Source: Cetobacterium sp.
GTDB taxonomy: Bacteria; Fusobacteriota; Fusobacteriia; Fusobacteriales; Fusobacteriaceae
Assembly (NCBI GenBank): GCA_051659465.1
Contig: JBOFOP010000122.1
Span: forward strand, 1 to 33,595
Direction of reading: 5' to 3'
DNA: 33,595 nucleotides
Shown here: positions 19,621-29,342 of the stretch, in pieces
How positions within the stretch are numbered: position 1 is the first letter of the stretch
Layout of the letters: each line of letters begins with the position of its first letter
The notes under the pieces: generated by a model
What the model was told of the DNA's origin: nothing
The model's database searches: none
Seen by the model: the letters and a program-made list of their open reading frames with translations, nothing else
Translations under genes and position numbers: made by a program

Positions 19621-20073
19621 ATGGACTTTGACCAAATATATAATGAATATTTTGATAGAATATACTATAAGATATTATCAACAGTAAAAAATCCCGAAGA
19701 TGCCGAAGATGTAGCACAAGAAGTTTTTATTAGTGTTTATAAAAATCTTAAAGGGTTTAGAGAGGAAAGCAATATATATACTTGGATTTATAGAATAGCT
19801 ATAAATAAAACTTACGATTTTTTTAGAAAGAAAAAAATTAACCTCGAATTAAATGATGAAATTTTAAGTGTTGAAAGCAATGAAGATTTCAATATTCCAA
19901 TTTTATTAGAAGAGAAATTAAAACAACTTCCTTTTATAGAAAGAGAGATAGTTATTTTAAAAGATATTTATGGTTATAAACTTAGAGAGATTGCAGATAT
20001 GAAAGAGATGAATATATCGACAGTAAAAACAACATACTATAAAGCAATTAAAGATATGGGAGGTGTAATATAA
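19621..20073 (+). CDS. rpoE: ECF RNA polymerase sigma factor (sigmaE-like)
   Basis: DAEDVAQEVF, TWIYRIAIN (region 2) and region-4 HTH EIADMKEMNISTVKT. Confidence 0.85.
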   Translation: MDFDQIYNEYFDRIYYKILSTVKNPEDAEDVAQEVFISVYKNLKGFREESNIYTWIYRIAINKTYDFFRKKKINLELNDEILSVESNEDFNIPILLEEKLKQLPFIEREIVILKDIYGYKLREIADMKEMNISTVKTTYYKAIKDMGGVI

Positions 20074-20400
20074 ATGGTATCTCCAAAAGATAAAGTGAGA
20101 GCTAACATTTATAAATCATTGTTAGAAGAGGAAAAAAAGAAGAGTAAAAGGAAATCAATTTTTTCTCTATCTGTTTTTGTTGTAGGAATTTTCGCAGGAA
20201 CTTCTTACGAATCAATCAGAAAAAACATTTCTCCCTCAGAAACATTGGTAGCTTTAGAAACGAGAGATTTACAAAAAAAACTTTTTGAGAGAAAAGAATC
20301 AGGATTTACAATAGACGATCTATTTGAAGCAAATCAAATAAAAATAGATAAAAAAGATTTCAATACAGAGAATCTTTTTGTCACAGATCTACAAATTTAG
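20074..20400 (+). CDS. Putative anti-sigma factor (single TM)
   Basis: Abuts the ECF gene; short basic cytoplasmic N-terminus followed by one hydrophobic segment. Confidence 0.6.
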   Translation: MVSPKDKVRANIYKSLLEEEKKKSKRKSIFSLSVFVVGIFAGTSYESIRKNISPSETLVALETRDLQKKLFERKESGFTIDDLFEANQIKIDKKDFNTENLFVTDLQI

Positions 20401-20411
20401 TGGAGGATTTT

Positions 20412-20807
20412 ATGAAAAAAATAGTGATGGGAATATTAATACTTGTTGTTAGTATCTCAGCTTATGCTACATCAGGAATAGGGATAGTAAAAGATGAAGA
20501 TTTTAAAGCTGTAGGGGTTAGTCAAACGAATATAGAAGAAGCTAAAGCTATAATTGAGCGTGCAAGTATTCAATATAAATTAAAAGTTTTAGACAAAAAA
20601 GCTTTAGAGATTCAAATTAACAAATACATATTAGATGGAACAGAAAAAAATCTTGAAAAATTAAATGAATTAGTAGAAAAAATAGGATTATTAGATGCTG
20701 AAATAATAAAAGATAGATTGAAATATCAAATAGAAGTTCAAAAGTACATCTCTACAGAACAGTATTTGAAAGCTAGAGAGTTATCATTAAAAAAAATATC
20801 ACAATAA
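20412..20807 (+). CDS. Secreted helical protein, possibly CpxP/Spy-like
   Basis: ATG 20412 after GGAGG; signal peptide ending AYA; helical body ending ISTEQY (LTxEQ-like); third gene of the ECF operon. Confidence 0.55.
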   Translation: MKKIVMGILILVVSISAYATSGIGIVKDEDFKAVGVSQTNIEEAKAIIERASIQYKLKVLDKKALEIQINKYILDGTEKNLEKLNELVEKIGLLDAEIIKDRLKYQIEVQKYISTEQYLKARELSLKKISQ

Positions 20808-20824
20808 CAAGACAAGTAATACAA

Positions 20825-20864
20825 AAGAATCTTCTTCCTTAATGTTGCAGGAAGGAGATTTTTT
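20825..20864 (+). terminator. Intrinsic terminator
   Basis: AAGAATCTTCTTCCT ... AGGAAGGAGATTTTT hairpin with a T tail. Confidence 0.8.
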
Positions 20865-20885
20865 ATTTTATTTTTAAATCAATTG

Positions 20886-20894
20886 TGGTATAAT
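20886..20894 (+). promoter_or_regulatory. Extended -10 for the prfA operon
   Basis: TGgTATAAT upstream of the prfA RBS. Confidence 0.55.
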
Positions 20895-20934
20895 TTATAA
20901 GTTAAAGTATAGAGATAAAAAAGGAGTGAAGACA

Positions 20935-22008
20935 GTGTTTACTAAATTAGAAGAAGTTATAGTAAGGTTTGATGAGTTATCAGAAGCTTTAGGTTCACAA
21001 GAAATTTTAAGCAATCCAAAAAAAATGATTGAATGTAATAAAGCTTTAAACGAAATAACACCTATTGTTGAAAAGTACAAAGAATATAAAAGGTATAAAG
21101 AAGATTTAGATTTTATAAAAACTAATATCAAAGCAGAAAAAGATTCAGAAATGAAAGAAATGATGCTTGAAGAAATGAAAGAACTTGAAGAAATTATTCC
21201 AAATGTTGAGCAAGAGATGAAAGTATTATTACTTCCAAAAGACCCTAATGATGATAGAAACGTAATAATAGAGATTAGAGGAGGAGCAGGAGGAGACGAA
21301 GCTGCTCTGTTTGCTGGAAACTTATTTAGAATGTATACTAGATATGCAGAAAGAAAAAAATGGAAAATAGATATAATAGAAGCTCAAGAAATTGGTTCTG
21401 GAGGAATAAAAGAAGCAGTATTCTCTATTAATGGACAAGGAGCTTATTCAAGATTAAAGTTTGAATCAGGAGTTCACAGAGTACAGAGAGTTCCAGAAAC
21501 TGAATCGTCAGGAAGAATACATACATCAACTGCAACTATTGCTGTTTTACCAGAAGTAGATGAAGTTCAAGGTGTGAAAATAAATACATCTGATTTAAAA
21601 ATTGATACATTTAGAGCTTCTGGAGCGGGAGGTCAGCACGTTAACATGACTGACTCGGCAGTTAGAATAACTCACTTGCCTTCTGGAGTTATAGTTCAAT
21701 GTCAAGACGAAAGATCACAATTAAAAAACAGAGAAAGATGTATGAAACATTTAGCTTCTAAATTGTATGATATGGAATTAGAAAAGCAAAGATCAGCTGT
21801 AGAAAGTGAAAGAAGACTTCAAGTTGGATCTGGAGATAGATCAGAGAAAATAAGAACTTATAACTTCCCTCAAGGTAGAATAACAGATCACAGAATTAAA
21901 TATACTGCTCATCAATTAGAAGCTTTCTTAGATGGAGATATTGATGATATGATAGATGCTCTAACTACATTTGCACAAGCAGAAATGCTATCTAGTTCAG
22001 TAGGATAA
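20935..22008 (+). CDS. prfA: Peptide chain release factor 1
   Basis: GGQ motif, PET (PxT) RF1 specificity motif, [14 protein letters not shown] 20935 is properly spaced from AAGGAG. Confidence 0.97.
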   Translation: MFTKLEEVIVRFDELSEALGSQEILSNPKKMIECNKALNEITPIVEKYKEYKRYKEDLDFIKTNIKAEKDSEMKEMMLEEMKELEEIIPNVEQEMKVLLLPKDPNDDRNVIIEIRGGAGGDEAALFAGNLFRMYTRYAERKKWKIDIIEAQEIGSGGIKEAVFSINGQGAYSRLKFESGVHRVQRVPETESSGRIHTSTATIAVLPEVDEVQGVKINTSDLKIDTFRASGAGGQHVNMTDSAVRITHLPSGVIVQCQDERSQLKNRERCMKHLASKLYDMELEKQRSAVESERRLQVGSGDRSEKIRTYNFPQGRITDHRIKYTAHQLEAFLDGDIDDMIDALTTFAQAEMLSSSVG

Positions 22009-22010
22009 TT

Positions 22011-23150
22011 ATGAAACTACTTGATATATTAAAATTTTCTGAGGAGTATTTGAAAAAATACTCCTTTTCAAAACCCAGATTAGAGAGTGAAAAAATAATT
22101 TCTTATGTTTTAAAACTTGATAGAATAACACTGTACGCATATTTTGATACTCTGCTTTCTTCAGAACAAAAAGAAAAAATAAAAAATTATTTAAAATCTA
22201 TGGCTAGAAATAGATGTACTTTTGATGAGCTACCTAAAGATGAAAAAAATATAGTTGAAGAGAAAGATTTTTCAGCTCAAAATAGAGAGTTGTTACAAAA
22301 GAGTATAGAGTATCTTTTAAAAAATGATGTAGGTGATAGTAAATTAGATGCTGAATATATTTTTGCTCATGTTTTAAAGGTAAAAAGAACTGTTCTTTCT
22401 TTAAATTTAAGAAGAGAAATAACATCTGCTGAAAAAGAAGAAATAAAAGATTTACTTCAAAAAAGAGCTAAAGAAAAAAAACCATTACAATATCTTTTAG
22501 GTGAATGGGAATTTTATGGATTACCTTTTAAAGTAGATGAAAGAGTACTTATTCCTAGAGCAGATACAGAAATTTTAGTAGAACAGTGCAAATTTATATT
22601 AACAGACTTAGAAAATCCAAAAGTATTGGATATAGGTACAGGAAGTGGAGCTATATCAGTAACAATAGCAAAAGAAGTTCCAAGTGCAACAGTATTAGGA
22701 GCGGATATAAGTACAGATGCTCTAGAGGTAGCGGTTCAAAATAGAAAATTAAATGATGTAGAAAATAATTTAAAATTTATAAAATCAGATGTATTTTCAA
22801 ATATAAAAGATAAAGATTATGACATGATAATATCAAATCCACCTTATATACCTAAATCAGAGTATGAAGATTTGATGCCAGAAGTAAAATTGCATGAACC
22901 TTTGGGAGCTTTAACAGATAACGGTGACGGATACTATTTCTATAAAAAGATTTCAGAAGAAGCACCAAAATATTTAAAAGATAACGGTTATTTAGCTTTT
23001 GAAGTTGGTTATAACCAAGCTGAAGAGGTAAGTGGATTTATGAAAAAGGCAGACTTCGAAATAATAGGGATTATAAAAGATTATAGTGGAATAGATAGAG
23101 TTGTAATTGGAAGAAAGAACGGTGAAAAAGATGTCGACAAAATTAGTTGA
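22011..23150 (+). CDS. prmC: Release factor glutamine methyltransferase with a duplicated N-terminal domain
   Basis: PLQYLLG, VLIPRADTE, DIGTGSG, SNPPY; follows prfA. Confidence 0.95.
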   Translation: MKLLDILKFSEEYLKKYSFSKPRLESEKIISYVLKLDRITLYAYFDTLLSSEQKEKIKNYLKSMARNRCTFDELPKDEKNIVEEKDFSAQNRELLQKSIEYLLKNDVGDSKLDAEYIFAHVLKVKRTVLSLNLRREITSAEKEEIKDLLQKRAKEKKPLQYLLGEWEFYGLPFKVDERVLIPRADTEILVEQCKFILTDLENPKVLDIGTGSGAISVTIAKEVPSATVLGADISTDALEVAVQNRKLNDVENNLKFIKSDVFSNIKDKDYDMIISNPPYIPKSEYEDLMPEVKLHEPLGALTDNGDGYYFYKKISEEAPKYLKDNGYLAFEVGYNQAEEVSGFMKKADFEIIGIIKDYSGIDRVVIGRKNGEKDVDKIS

Positions 23151-24162
23151 TTATGATTATCATCTACCAGATGATTTGATTGGTCAAAAGCCTAGAGAAC
23201 CTAGAGATCACTCAAAATTGATGATAGTAGATAGAGAAAATAAAAAAGTAGATCATAAAAAATTCTTTGATATAATAGATTATTTAAAAGCTGGAGATGT
23301 TTTAGTTAGAAATTCAACTAAGGTTATACCAGCTAGACTTTTTGGTAAAAAAGAAACAGGTGGAGTTTTAGAAATACTTTTAATAAAAAGAGTAAGTTTA
23401 GATACTTGGGAATGTTTGTTAAAGCCAGCTAAAAAATTAAAAGTTGGTCAAAAGCTTTCTATTGGAGATAATGAAGAATTAACAGCTGAACTTTTAGAAA
23501 TAAAATCAGATGGAAATAGAGTTTTAAAATTCAACTATGAAGGATCTTTTGAAGAGGTATTAGATAAATTAGGTAAAATGCCACTTCCCCCTTATATAGT
23601 AAAAGCATTAGAAACAAAAGATAGATATCAAACAGTTTATGCTATAAAAGGTGAGTCGGTAGCAGCACCAACTGCAGGCCTACATTTTACACCTGAACTT
23701 TTAAAGAAAATTGAAGAAAAAGGTATAGAGATATTAGATGTATTTTTAGAAGTTGGATTAGGAACATTTAGACCAGTTCAAACAGAAGATGTTTTAGATC
23801 ATAAAATGCATGAAGAAATATTTGAAATACCAGAGTATACAGTTGAAAGAATAAAAAAAGCAAAAAGTGAAAACAGAAGAGTTATTGCTGTAGGAACAAC
23901 TACTGTTAGAGCTTTAGAATCATCTGTTGATGAATCAGGAATATTAGTTTCTAAAACTGGCTCGACGGATATTTTTATATATCCTGGATGTAAGTTCAAT
24001 GTAATAGATGCATTGATAACAAATTTCCATCTACCAAAATCGACTTTATTGATGCTAGTTTCAGCTTTTACAACAAGAGAATTTATGTTAGAGGTATATA
24101 ACGAAGCGGTAAAAGAAAAATATCATTTCTTTAGTTTCGGAGATGCAATGTTTATTTGCTAA
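23131..24162 (+). CDS. queA: SAM:tRNA ribosyltransferase-isomerase
   Basis: DYHLP, MPLPPYI, YQTVYA, AAPTAGLHF, TNFHLPKSTL, SFGDAM. ATG 23131 overlaps the end of prmC. Confidence 0.96.
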   Translation: MSTKLVDYDYHLPDDLIGQKPREPRDHSKLMIVDRENKKVDHKKFFDIIDYLKAGDVLVRNSTKVIPARLFGKKETGGVLEILLIKRVSLDTWECLLKPAKKLKVGQKLSIGDNEELTAELLEIKSDGNRVLKFNYEGSFEEVLDKLGKMPLPPYIVKALETKDRYQTVYAIKGESVAAPTAGLHFTPELLKKIEEKGIEILDVFLEVGLGTFRPVQTEDVLDHKMHEEIFEIPEYTVERIKKAKSENRRVIAVGTTTVRALESSVDESGILVSKTGSTDIFIYPGCKFNVIDALITNFHLPKSTLLMLVSAFTTREFMLEVYNEAVKEKYHFFSFGDAMFIC

Positions 24163-24184
24163 AAAAGTGAGGTGTAAGTAAAAA

Positions 24185-24733
24185 ATGAGAATAATAGCAG
24201 GAGAAGCAAAAGGAAAGAGAATTGAGTGTAGAAAAGGAGCAGACACAAGGCCTACACAGGATAGTATAAAAGAATCTCTTTTTTCTATAATAGCTCCAGA
24301 TGTAATAGATTCTAGATTTCTAGATCTTTTTAGTGGAACAGGAAATATAGCTTTAGAAGCTTTAAGTAGAGGTGCTAGAAGAGCTATAATGATTGAGAAA
24401 GATCAAGAAGCTTTAAAATATATAATAAAAAATATAAATAACTTAGGTTATGATACAAAATCAAGAGCATACAAAAATGAAACATTAAGAGCTGTTGAGA
24501 TTTTAGGAAGAAAAGGTGAAAAGTTTGACATCATCTTTATGGATCCTCCTTACAAAGATGAAGTTTGTGAAAGAGTAATGAGATCAGTATCAAAAGCTAA
24601 TTTATTAGCAGAAAACGGACTTATAATATGTGAACATCATATGTTCGAGAATATGTCTGATGAAGTTGGAGAATTCAGAAAAACAGATGAAAGAAAGTAC
24701 GGAAAGAAAGTTTTAACATTCTATACAAGATAA
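24185..24733 (+). CDS. rsmD: 16S rRNA m2G966 methyltransferase
   Basis: MRIIAG, TRPT, LDLFSGTG, EALSRGA, DPPY. Confidence 0.93.
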   Translation: MRIIAGEAKGKRIECRKGADTRPTQDSIKESLFSIIAPDVIDSRFLDLFSGTGNIALEALSRGARRAIMIEKDQEALKYIIKNINNLGYDTKSRAYKNETLRAVEILGRKGEKFDIIFMDPPYKDEVCERVMRSVSKANLLAENGLIICEHHMFENMSDEVGEFRKTDERKYGKKVLTFYTR

Positions 24734-24749
24734 TCATAGGAGTGAATTC

Positions 24750-24971
24750 ATGAAAAAAGATAGTTTTGAATATAATATTAATGAGATTGATATGATAATT
24801 GAAAAGTTAGATAATTCTGAATTATCATTAGATGATTCAATAAAAGAGTATGAAAAAGCTATGAAGTTATTAAAAAAATCTTCAGACTTACTAAATGTAG
24901 CAGAGGGAAGAATAATAAAAGTAACATCAAAAGATGAAAAGATTCTACTAGAGGTGGAGAGAGATGCTTAA
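24750..24971 (+). CDS. xseB: Exodeoxyribonuclease VII small subunit
   Basis: SFE...I...L...LSLDDSIKEYE..MKL; typical position upstream of ispA. Confidence 0.9.
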   Translation: MKKDSFEYNINEIDMIIEKLDNSELSLDDSIKEYEKAMKLLKKSSDLLNVAEGRIIKVTSKDEKILLEVERDA

Positions 24972-25845
24972 AAGCTATTTAGAGTCTAAAAGAAAATTGA
25001 TAGACTCGAATATAGAAATTTATTTGAATAAGTTAACTTATCCTAATGTTATTGCTGAAGGAATGAAATATTCTATTTTAAATGGTGGAAAAAGATTGAG
25101 ACCAATACTTTTACTTATGGTTTTAGAATTGTATGGTAAAAAATTAGAATTGGGGATTCCAACAGCAGTTGCAATAGAGTTTATTCATTCATATTCTTTA
25201 GTTCATGATGACCTTCCAGCTCTAGATAATGATGAGTATAGAAGAGGAAAATTAACTACACACAAAAAATTTGGAGAAGCTGAAGCAATTTTGATAGGTG
25301 ATGCTTTATTAACTCATTCTTTTTCAATAGTAACTGATGAAACAAAAGAGGTATCTTTTGAAAAGTTAGTTAAAATAATAGGTATGATTTCAAGATACTC
25401 TGGAATAAATGGTATGATTGGTGGCCAAATGGTTGATATAGAAAGTGAAAAGAAAACAGTTGATATAGAAACATTGGAATACATTCATAAGAATAAAACA
25501 GGAAAATTATTAAAATTACCAGTAGAGATAGGTGCCATAATATCAGACGCTACAAAAGAAGAGTTTGAGGCACTAACAAAATATTCTGAAGCTCTAGGTT
25601 TAGCTTTTCAAATCAAAGATGATATTTTAGATATTGAAGGGGATTTTGAGAAAATTGGGAAACCTGTTGGAAGTGATTTAGAGTTAGAAAAAACAACCTA
25701 TCCAAGTTTATTTGGTTTGGTAAAGAGTAAAGAAATTTTAAGTGAAGTTATAGAAACAGCTAAAAAAAGTTTAGATATTTTTGAAAAAGAAAAAGTGCAA
25801 ATTTTTATCGAGCTAGCTGATTATATAGGTAATAGAGAAAATTAA
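24964..25845 (+). CDS. ispA: Farnesyl/geranylgeranyl diphosphate synthase
   Basis: GGKRLRP, HDDLPALDNDEYRRG (FARM), KTG, FQIKDDILD (SARM). Confidence 0.92.
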   Translation: MLKSYLESKRKLIDSNIEIYLNKLTYPNVIAEGMKYSILNGGKRLRPILLLMVLELYGKKLELGIPTAVAIEFIHSYSLVHDDLPALDNDEYRRGKLTTHKKFGEAEAILIGDALLTHSFSIVTDETKEVSFEKLVKIIGMISRYSGINGMIGGQMVDIESEKKTVDIETLEYIHKNKTGKLLKLPVEIGAIISDATKEEFEALTKYSEALGLAFQIKDDILDIEGDFEKIGKPVGSDLELEKTTYPSLFGLVKSKEILSEVIETAKKSLDIFEKEKVQIFIELADYIGNREN

Positions 25846-25880
25846 AATAGGGACTCCTAAAAGGAATCCCTATTTTAATT
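25840..25880. terminator. Bidirectional terminator between convergent ispA and phoU
   Basis: AATTAAAATAGGGAcTCCT-aaa-AGGAaTCCCTATTTTAATT inverted repeat with one mismatch. Confidence 0.85.
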
Positions 25881-26566
25881 TAGTCATTATTTGATTTTTC
25901 CAATTGAGCTTTTCTAGTGTTTTCACCGTTTAAAATATAAATTAAATCACTAGCTAAGTGAATTATATGATCAGATAATCTTTCGAATTTTTTATCCAAT
26001 AAGATAAGTTCAGATCCACCAACAACATTTTCTGAATTCTCTTTCATTTTAGAAAGGAAATACTCAGTGTTAGAATTAATCAAATCATCAATCTCTTCAT
26101 CTAAATAAAGAATATCATAAAGTAAAGTAACATCTTCATTTAGGAAAGCCTTTATATATAGTCCGAAAAGACTACGTATTTTTTCTGCAATAAATAAAAT
26201 TTTATCTTTCATAGCATACGCTAAAGATGGAGATTTTTTTTCGATATCTTTTATAAGAGTAAGATTTGCTTTTAAAAGATCTCCCATTCGCTCTAAAACT
26301 CTAACACTATTTATAATCATAACTAGTTTTCTTAAGTTTTTAGCAGCTGGTTGAAATCTAGCCATTGTAACAATACAATCTTCTTTTAGTTTTACTTCTA
26401 AAGAGTTGATAAAATCTTCAATAGTTTTAGCTTCTCCATAAAGAGTAGAATTAAAGCTATTATTATGTAGCATTTCTAAATTAATATCAAAATTTCTAGC
26501 AACATATTTTAAAGTTTCTAAGTAGTGTTCATCCAATCCTTTTAAAGATTCATTTAAATTTTTCAT
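25880..26566 (-). CDS. phoU: Phosphate signalling protein PhoU
   Basis: QPAAKNLR, LERMGD, DEEID, FERLSDH; downstream of pstB. Confidence 0.92.
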   Translation of the reverse strand: MKNLNESLKGLDEHYLETLKYVARNFDINLEMLHNNSFNSTLYGEAKTIEDFINSLEVKLKEDCIVTMARFQPAAKNLRKLVMIINSVRVLERMGDLLKANLTLIKDIEKKSPSLAYAMKDKILFIAEKIRSLFGLYIKAFLNEDVTLLYDILYLDEEIDDLINSNTEYFLSKMKENSENVVGGSELILLDKKFERLSDHIIHLASDLIYILNGENTRKAQLEKSNND

Positions 26567-26577
26567 AAACTCTCCTT

Positions 26578-27339
26578 TTATCCAAATTTTCCAGTTATAT
26601 AATCTTCAGTTTTTTTAACTTTTGGTGTAGTAAATATTGTAGATGTTTTATCAAACTCTTCTAAAACACCTTGGTAGAAGAAACCAGTATAGTCTGAGAT
26701 TCTAGATGCTTGTTGCATATTGTGTGTAACAATAACAATACTATAGTTTTTAGCTAATTGAACAATCAACTCTTCAATTTTAGAGGTAGATATTGGATCA
26801 AGAGCTGATGTTGGCTCATCCATTAATAAAATTTCTGGATTAATTGAAATTGCTCTAGCTATACAAAGTCTTTGCTGTTGTCCTCCTGATAGACCAAGAG
26901 CTGATTGATGTAGCTTATCTTTAACTTCATCCCAAAGAGCAACAGCTTTTAAAGAAGATTCAACAATTTCATCTAATTTCTTTTTATTATTTTCACCATG
27001 TAGTTTAGGAGCATAAACTAAATTTTCATAAATAGATTTAGGAAATGGATTTGGTTTTTGAAAAACCATACCAACTTTTTTTCTAAGCTCAACAATATCA
27101 AATTGTTTATCAAAAACATTTTGATCATCAAGTAAAATTTGACCTTCGTATTTTACTCCTGAAATAAGATCGTTCATTCTATTTATTGATCTCAGAAAAG
27201 TTGATTTTCCACATCCAGAAGGACCTATTAGGGCAGTAACTTTATTTTTTAATATATCCATATTTATATTTTTTAAAGCTTTAAAATCACCGTAGTAAAA
27301 ATTAAAGTCTTTAACTGATATTCTAATATTATCTTTCAT
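26578..27339 (-). CDS. pstB: Phosphate ABC transporter ATPase
   Basis: [31 protein letters not shown]. Start at ATG 27339 after GGAGGA. Confidence 0.96.
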   Translation of the reverse strand: MKDNIRISVKDFNFYYGDFKALKNINMDILKNKVTALIGPSGCGKSTFLRSINRMNDLISGVKYEGQILLDDQNVFDKQFDIVELRKKVGMVFQKPNPFPKSIYENLVYAPKLHGENNKKKLDEIVESSLKAVALWDEVKDKLHQSALGLSGGQQQRLCIARAISINPEILLMDEPTSALDPISTSKIEELIVQLAKNYSIVIVTHNMQQASRISDYTGFFYQGVLEEFDKTSTIFTTPKVKKTEDYITGKFG

Positions 27340-27364
27340 TATATATTCCTCCAAATTATAAGAA

Positions 27365-28204
27365 TTACTTTTCAAATTTATTTCTAACATATGCACCGAT
27401 TAAATTAAATCCAACAGTTATAAATACAAGAATGAATAAAGTTCCATGCATATTGCTTTGAGGCATATTTGGAACCTGTGTAGAGATAACATAAAGGTGA
27501 TATGGTAACGTCATAACCTGATCGAAAATAGATTCTGGTAAAAACGGTAGATAAAATGCAGCTGCGGTAAATAGTATTGGAGCAGTTTCTCCAGCAGCTC
27601 TTGAGATACTTAAGATTACTCCTGTTGTTATTCCAGGGAGTGCAGCAGGAATAATAATTTTTGATATAGTTTCCCATTTTGTTGCACCAAGAGCAAGAGA
27701 AGCTTCTCTTAAATTATTTGAAACTGCTAATAAAGATTCTCTTGTGGCTGTAATAATAACTGGCAAACACATTATTCCAAGAGTTAACGATCCTGATAGA
27801 ATTGAAACTCCTAATTTAAAGTAAATTACGAATAGTGCCATTCCAAAAAGACCATATATTATACTTGGAATACCAGCTAAATTTATTATAGTTAGGTTTA
27901 TTATTCTTGTAATTAAGTTATCTTTTGCATACTCAACAAGATACACTCCTGTAAAAATACCAAATGGTACAGAAACTGCGATAGTTCCTAATGTAAGATA
28001 AATTGTACCGACAATAGCTGGGAATATTCCACCAGCTCTCATTCCTCTTTTAGGAACCTCTGTTAAAAACTCCCAAGTTATTGCAGGAAGACCTTTGTAT
28101 ACAATATAGCTTAATATTAATAAAATTGGAATTATAGAAATTAAAGCTATTGATTTAATTAAAAGTTCTATAAAATATCCACTTTTTCCTTTTAAAATAT
28201 TCAT
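27365..28204 (-). CDS. pstA: Phosphate ABC permease
   Basis: [39 protein letters not shown]. Confidence 0.95.
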   Translation of the reverse strand: MNILKGKSGYFIELLIKSIALISIIPILLILSYIVYKGLPAITWEFLTEVPKRGMRAGGIFPAIVGTIYLTLGTIAVSVPFGIFTGVYLVEYAKDNLITRIINLTIINLAGIPSIIYGLFGMALFVIYFKLGVSILSGSLTLGIMCLPVIITATRESLLAVSNNLREASLALGATKWETISKIIIPAALPGITTGVILSISRAAGETAPILFTAAAFYLPFLPESIFDQVMTLPYHLYVISTQVPNMPQSNMHGTLFILVFITVGFNLIGAYVRNKFEK

Positions 28205-28217
28205 TTTACTCCTCCTT

Positions 28218-29099
28218 CTATTTTCCCATTAGCTTTCTTGATTTACGTATATATCTATCGGCAATACTGTTTGTAAGGAAACTAATTAGAAACAAAACTA
28301 ATCCGATAGCAAATAAAGCATAGTAGTGTTGACTTCCTTGAACAACTTCTCCCATTTCAGCAGCTATTGTGGCTGTTAAAGTTCTTACAGGTGAAAGAGC
28401 AGTTTTAGCCATTATTGGAGCATTTCCAGTTATCATAAGAACAGCCATTGTTTCTCCAATTATTCTACCAAATCCAAGCATAATACCAGCAAATATTCCA
28501 GGGAAAGCTGCAGGTAGTAAGATTTTGAATACTGTTTCTAATTTGTTTGCACCAAGAGCAAGTGATGCCTCTCTATATGAACCATCAAGAGCATTTAGTG
28601 CATCGTCAGATAAACTAACTATAGTGGGAATGGCCATAAAAGAAAGCATGATTCCACCAGTAAGTGCATTAAGACCACTAGTTAATCCAAAGGTGTTTTT
28701 TATAAAACCAGAAAGAACATAAAGTCCTAAATATCCCAAAACAACAGAAGGTAAAGCTGACATCGTTTCGATAATAATTTTTAATATTTTCTTAGTTTTT
28801 TTGTTAGCAAACTCTGATAAGTATATAGTTGTTATAATTCCAACTGGAATTGAAATTCCTAAAGCTACAAAAGTAACCCAAAATGACCCAACTAAAAGTG
28901 GTAAAAACCCATACTTTTCAGATAGTGATATCCATTCAGTTCCTGTTAAGAATTTTGAAAGTGGATAATCTTTAAAGAAAGAGATACTATTTACTAAAAT
29001 AAAAATGAATATAAGTAGAACAATCAGAATGTTAAAGACACCAACTACAGAGTGTAAACCTCTCATAAAAGAATCTTTAATCTTTCTTATACTATTCAT
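28218..29099 (-). CDS. pstC: Phosphate ABC permease
   Basis: [37 protein letters not shown]. Confidence 0.95.
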   Translation of the reverse strand: MNSIRKIKDSFMRGLHSVVGVFNILIVLLIFIFILVNSISFFKDYPLSKFLTGTEWISLSEKYGFLPLLVGSFWVTFVALGISIPVGIITTIYLSEFANKKTKKILKIIIETMSALPSVVLGYLGLYVLSGFIKNTFGLTSGLNALTGGIMLSFMAIPTIVSLSDDALNALDGSYREASLALGANKLETVFKILLPAAFPGIFAGIMLGFGRIIGETMAVLMITGNAPIMAKTALSPVRTLTATIAAEMGEVVQGSQHYYALFAIGLVLFLISFLTNSIADRYIRKSRKLMGK

Positions 29100-29180
29100 G
29101 AATGAAACCTCCTAATCCTATGTTAAAAAATTTAAAAAAATTTAAATTTTTTTTAAACAAATATTAAAACTAACATTAAT

Positions 29181-29234
29181 ATTGTATATCTTTCCTGTTA
29201 AAATAAGATTAACTATATGTAAAAAATGTGTAAA
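29181..29234 (-). promoter_or_regulatory. pstCAB-phoU promoter: four Pho-box-like repeats plus -10
   Basis: On the - strand: TTTACA (29234-29229), TTTACA (29223-29218), TTAATC (29212-29207), TTAACA (29201-29196) at an 11-bp period, then TACAAT (29186-29181). Confidence 0.75.
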
Positions 29235-29240
29235 AAAAAA

Positions 29241-29294
29241 ATTACATATCTTTTACATTATTTTTAAATTGAATTAACATTCTTGTTGTATAAT
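29241..29294 (+). promoter_or_regulatory. pstS promoter: four Pho-box-like repeats plus -10
   Basis: ATTACA (29241), TTTACA (29252), TTTAAA (29263), TTAACA (29274) at an 11-bp period, then TATAAT (29289-29294). Confidence 0.78.
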
Positions 29295-29342
29295 GATTTT
29301 GAAAAGATAAAAAAAAAACAATGTTTAAGGAGGGGTTTAGAA

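Noticed and set aside
27405-27677. Cys-rich 90-aa alternative-frame ORF inside pstA
   Set aside because: An out-of-frame by-product of hydrophobic codons; no independent evidence of translation.
29131-29157. Near-palindrome TTTAAAAAAATTTAAATTTTTTTTAAA in the pstC leader
   Set aside because: Pure A/T low-complexity sequence, easily produced by chance in this genome.
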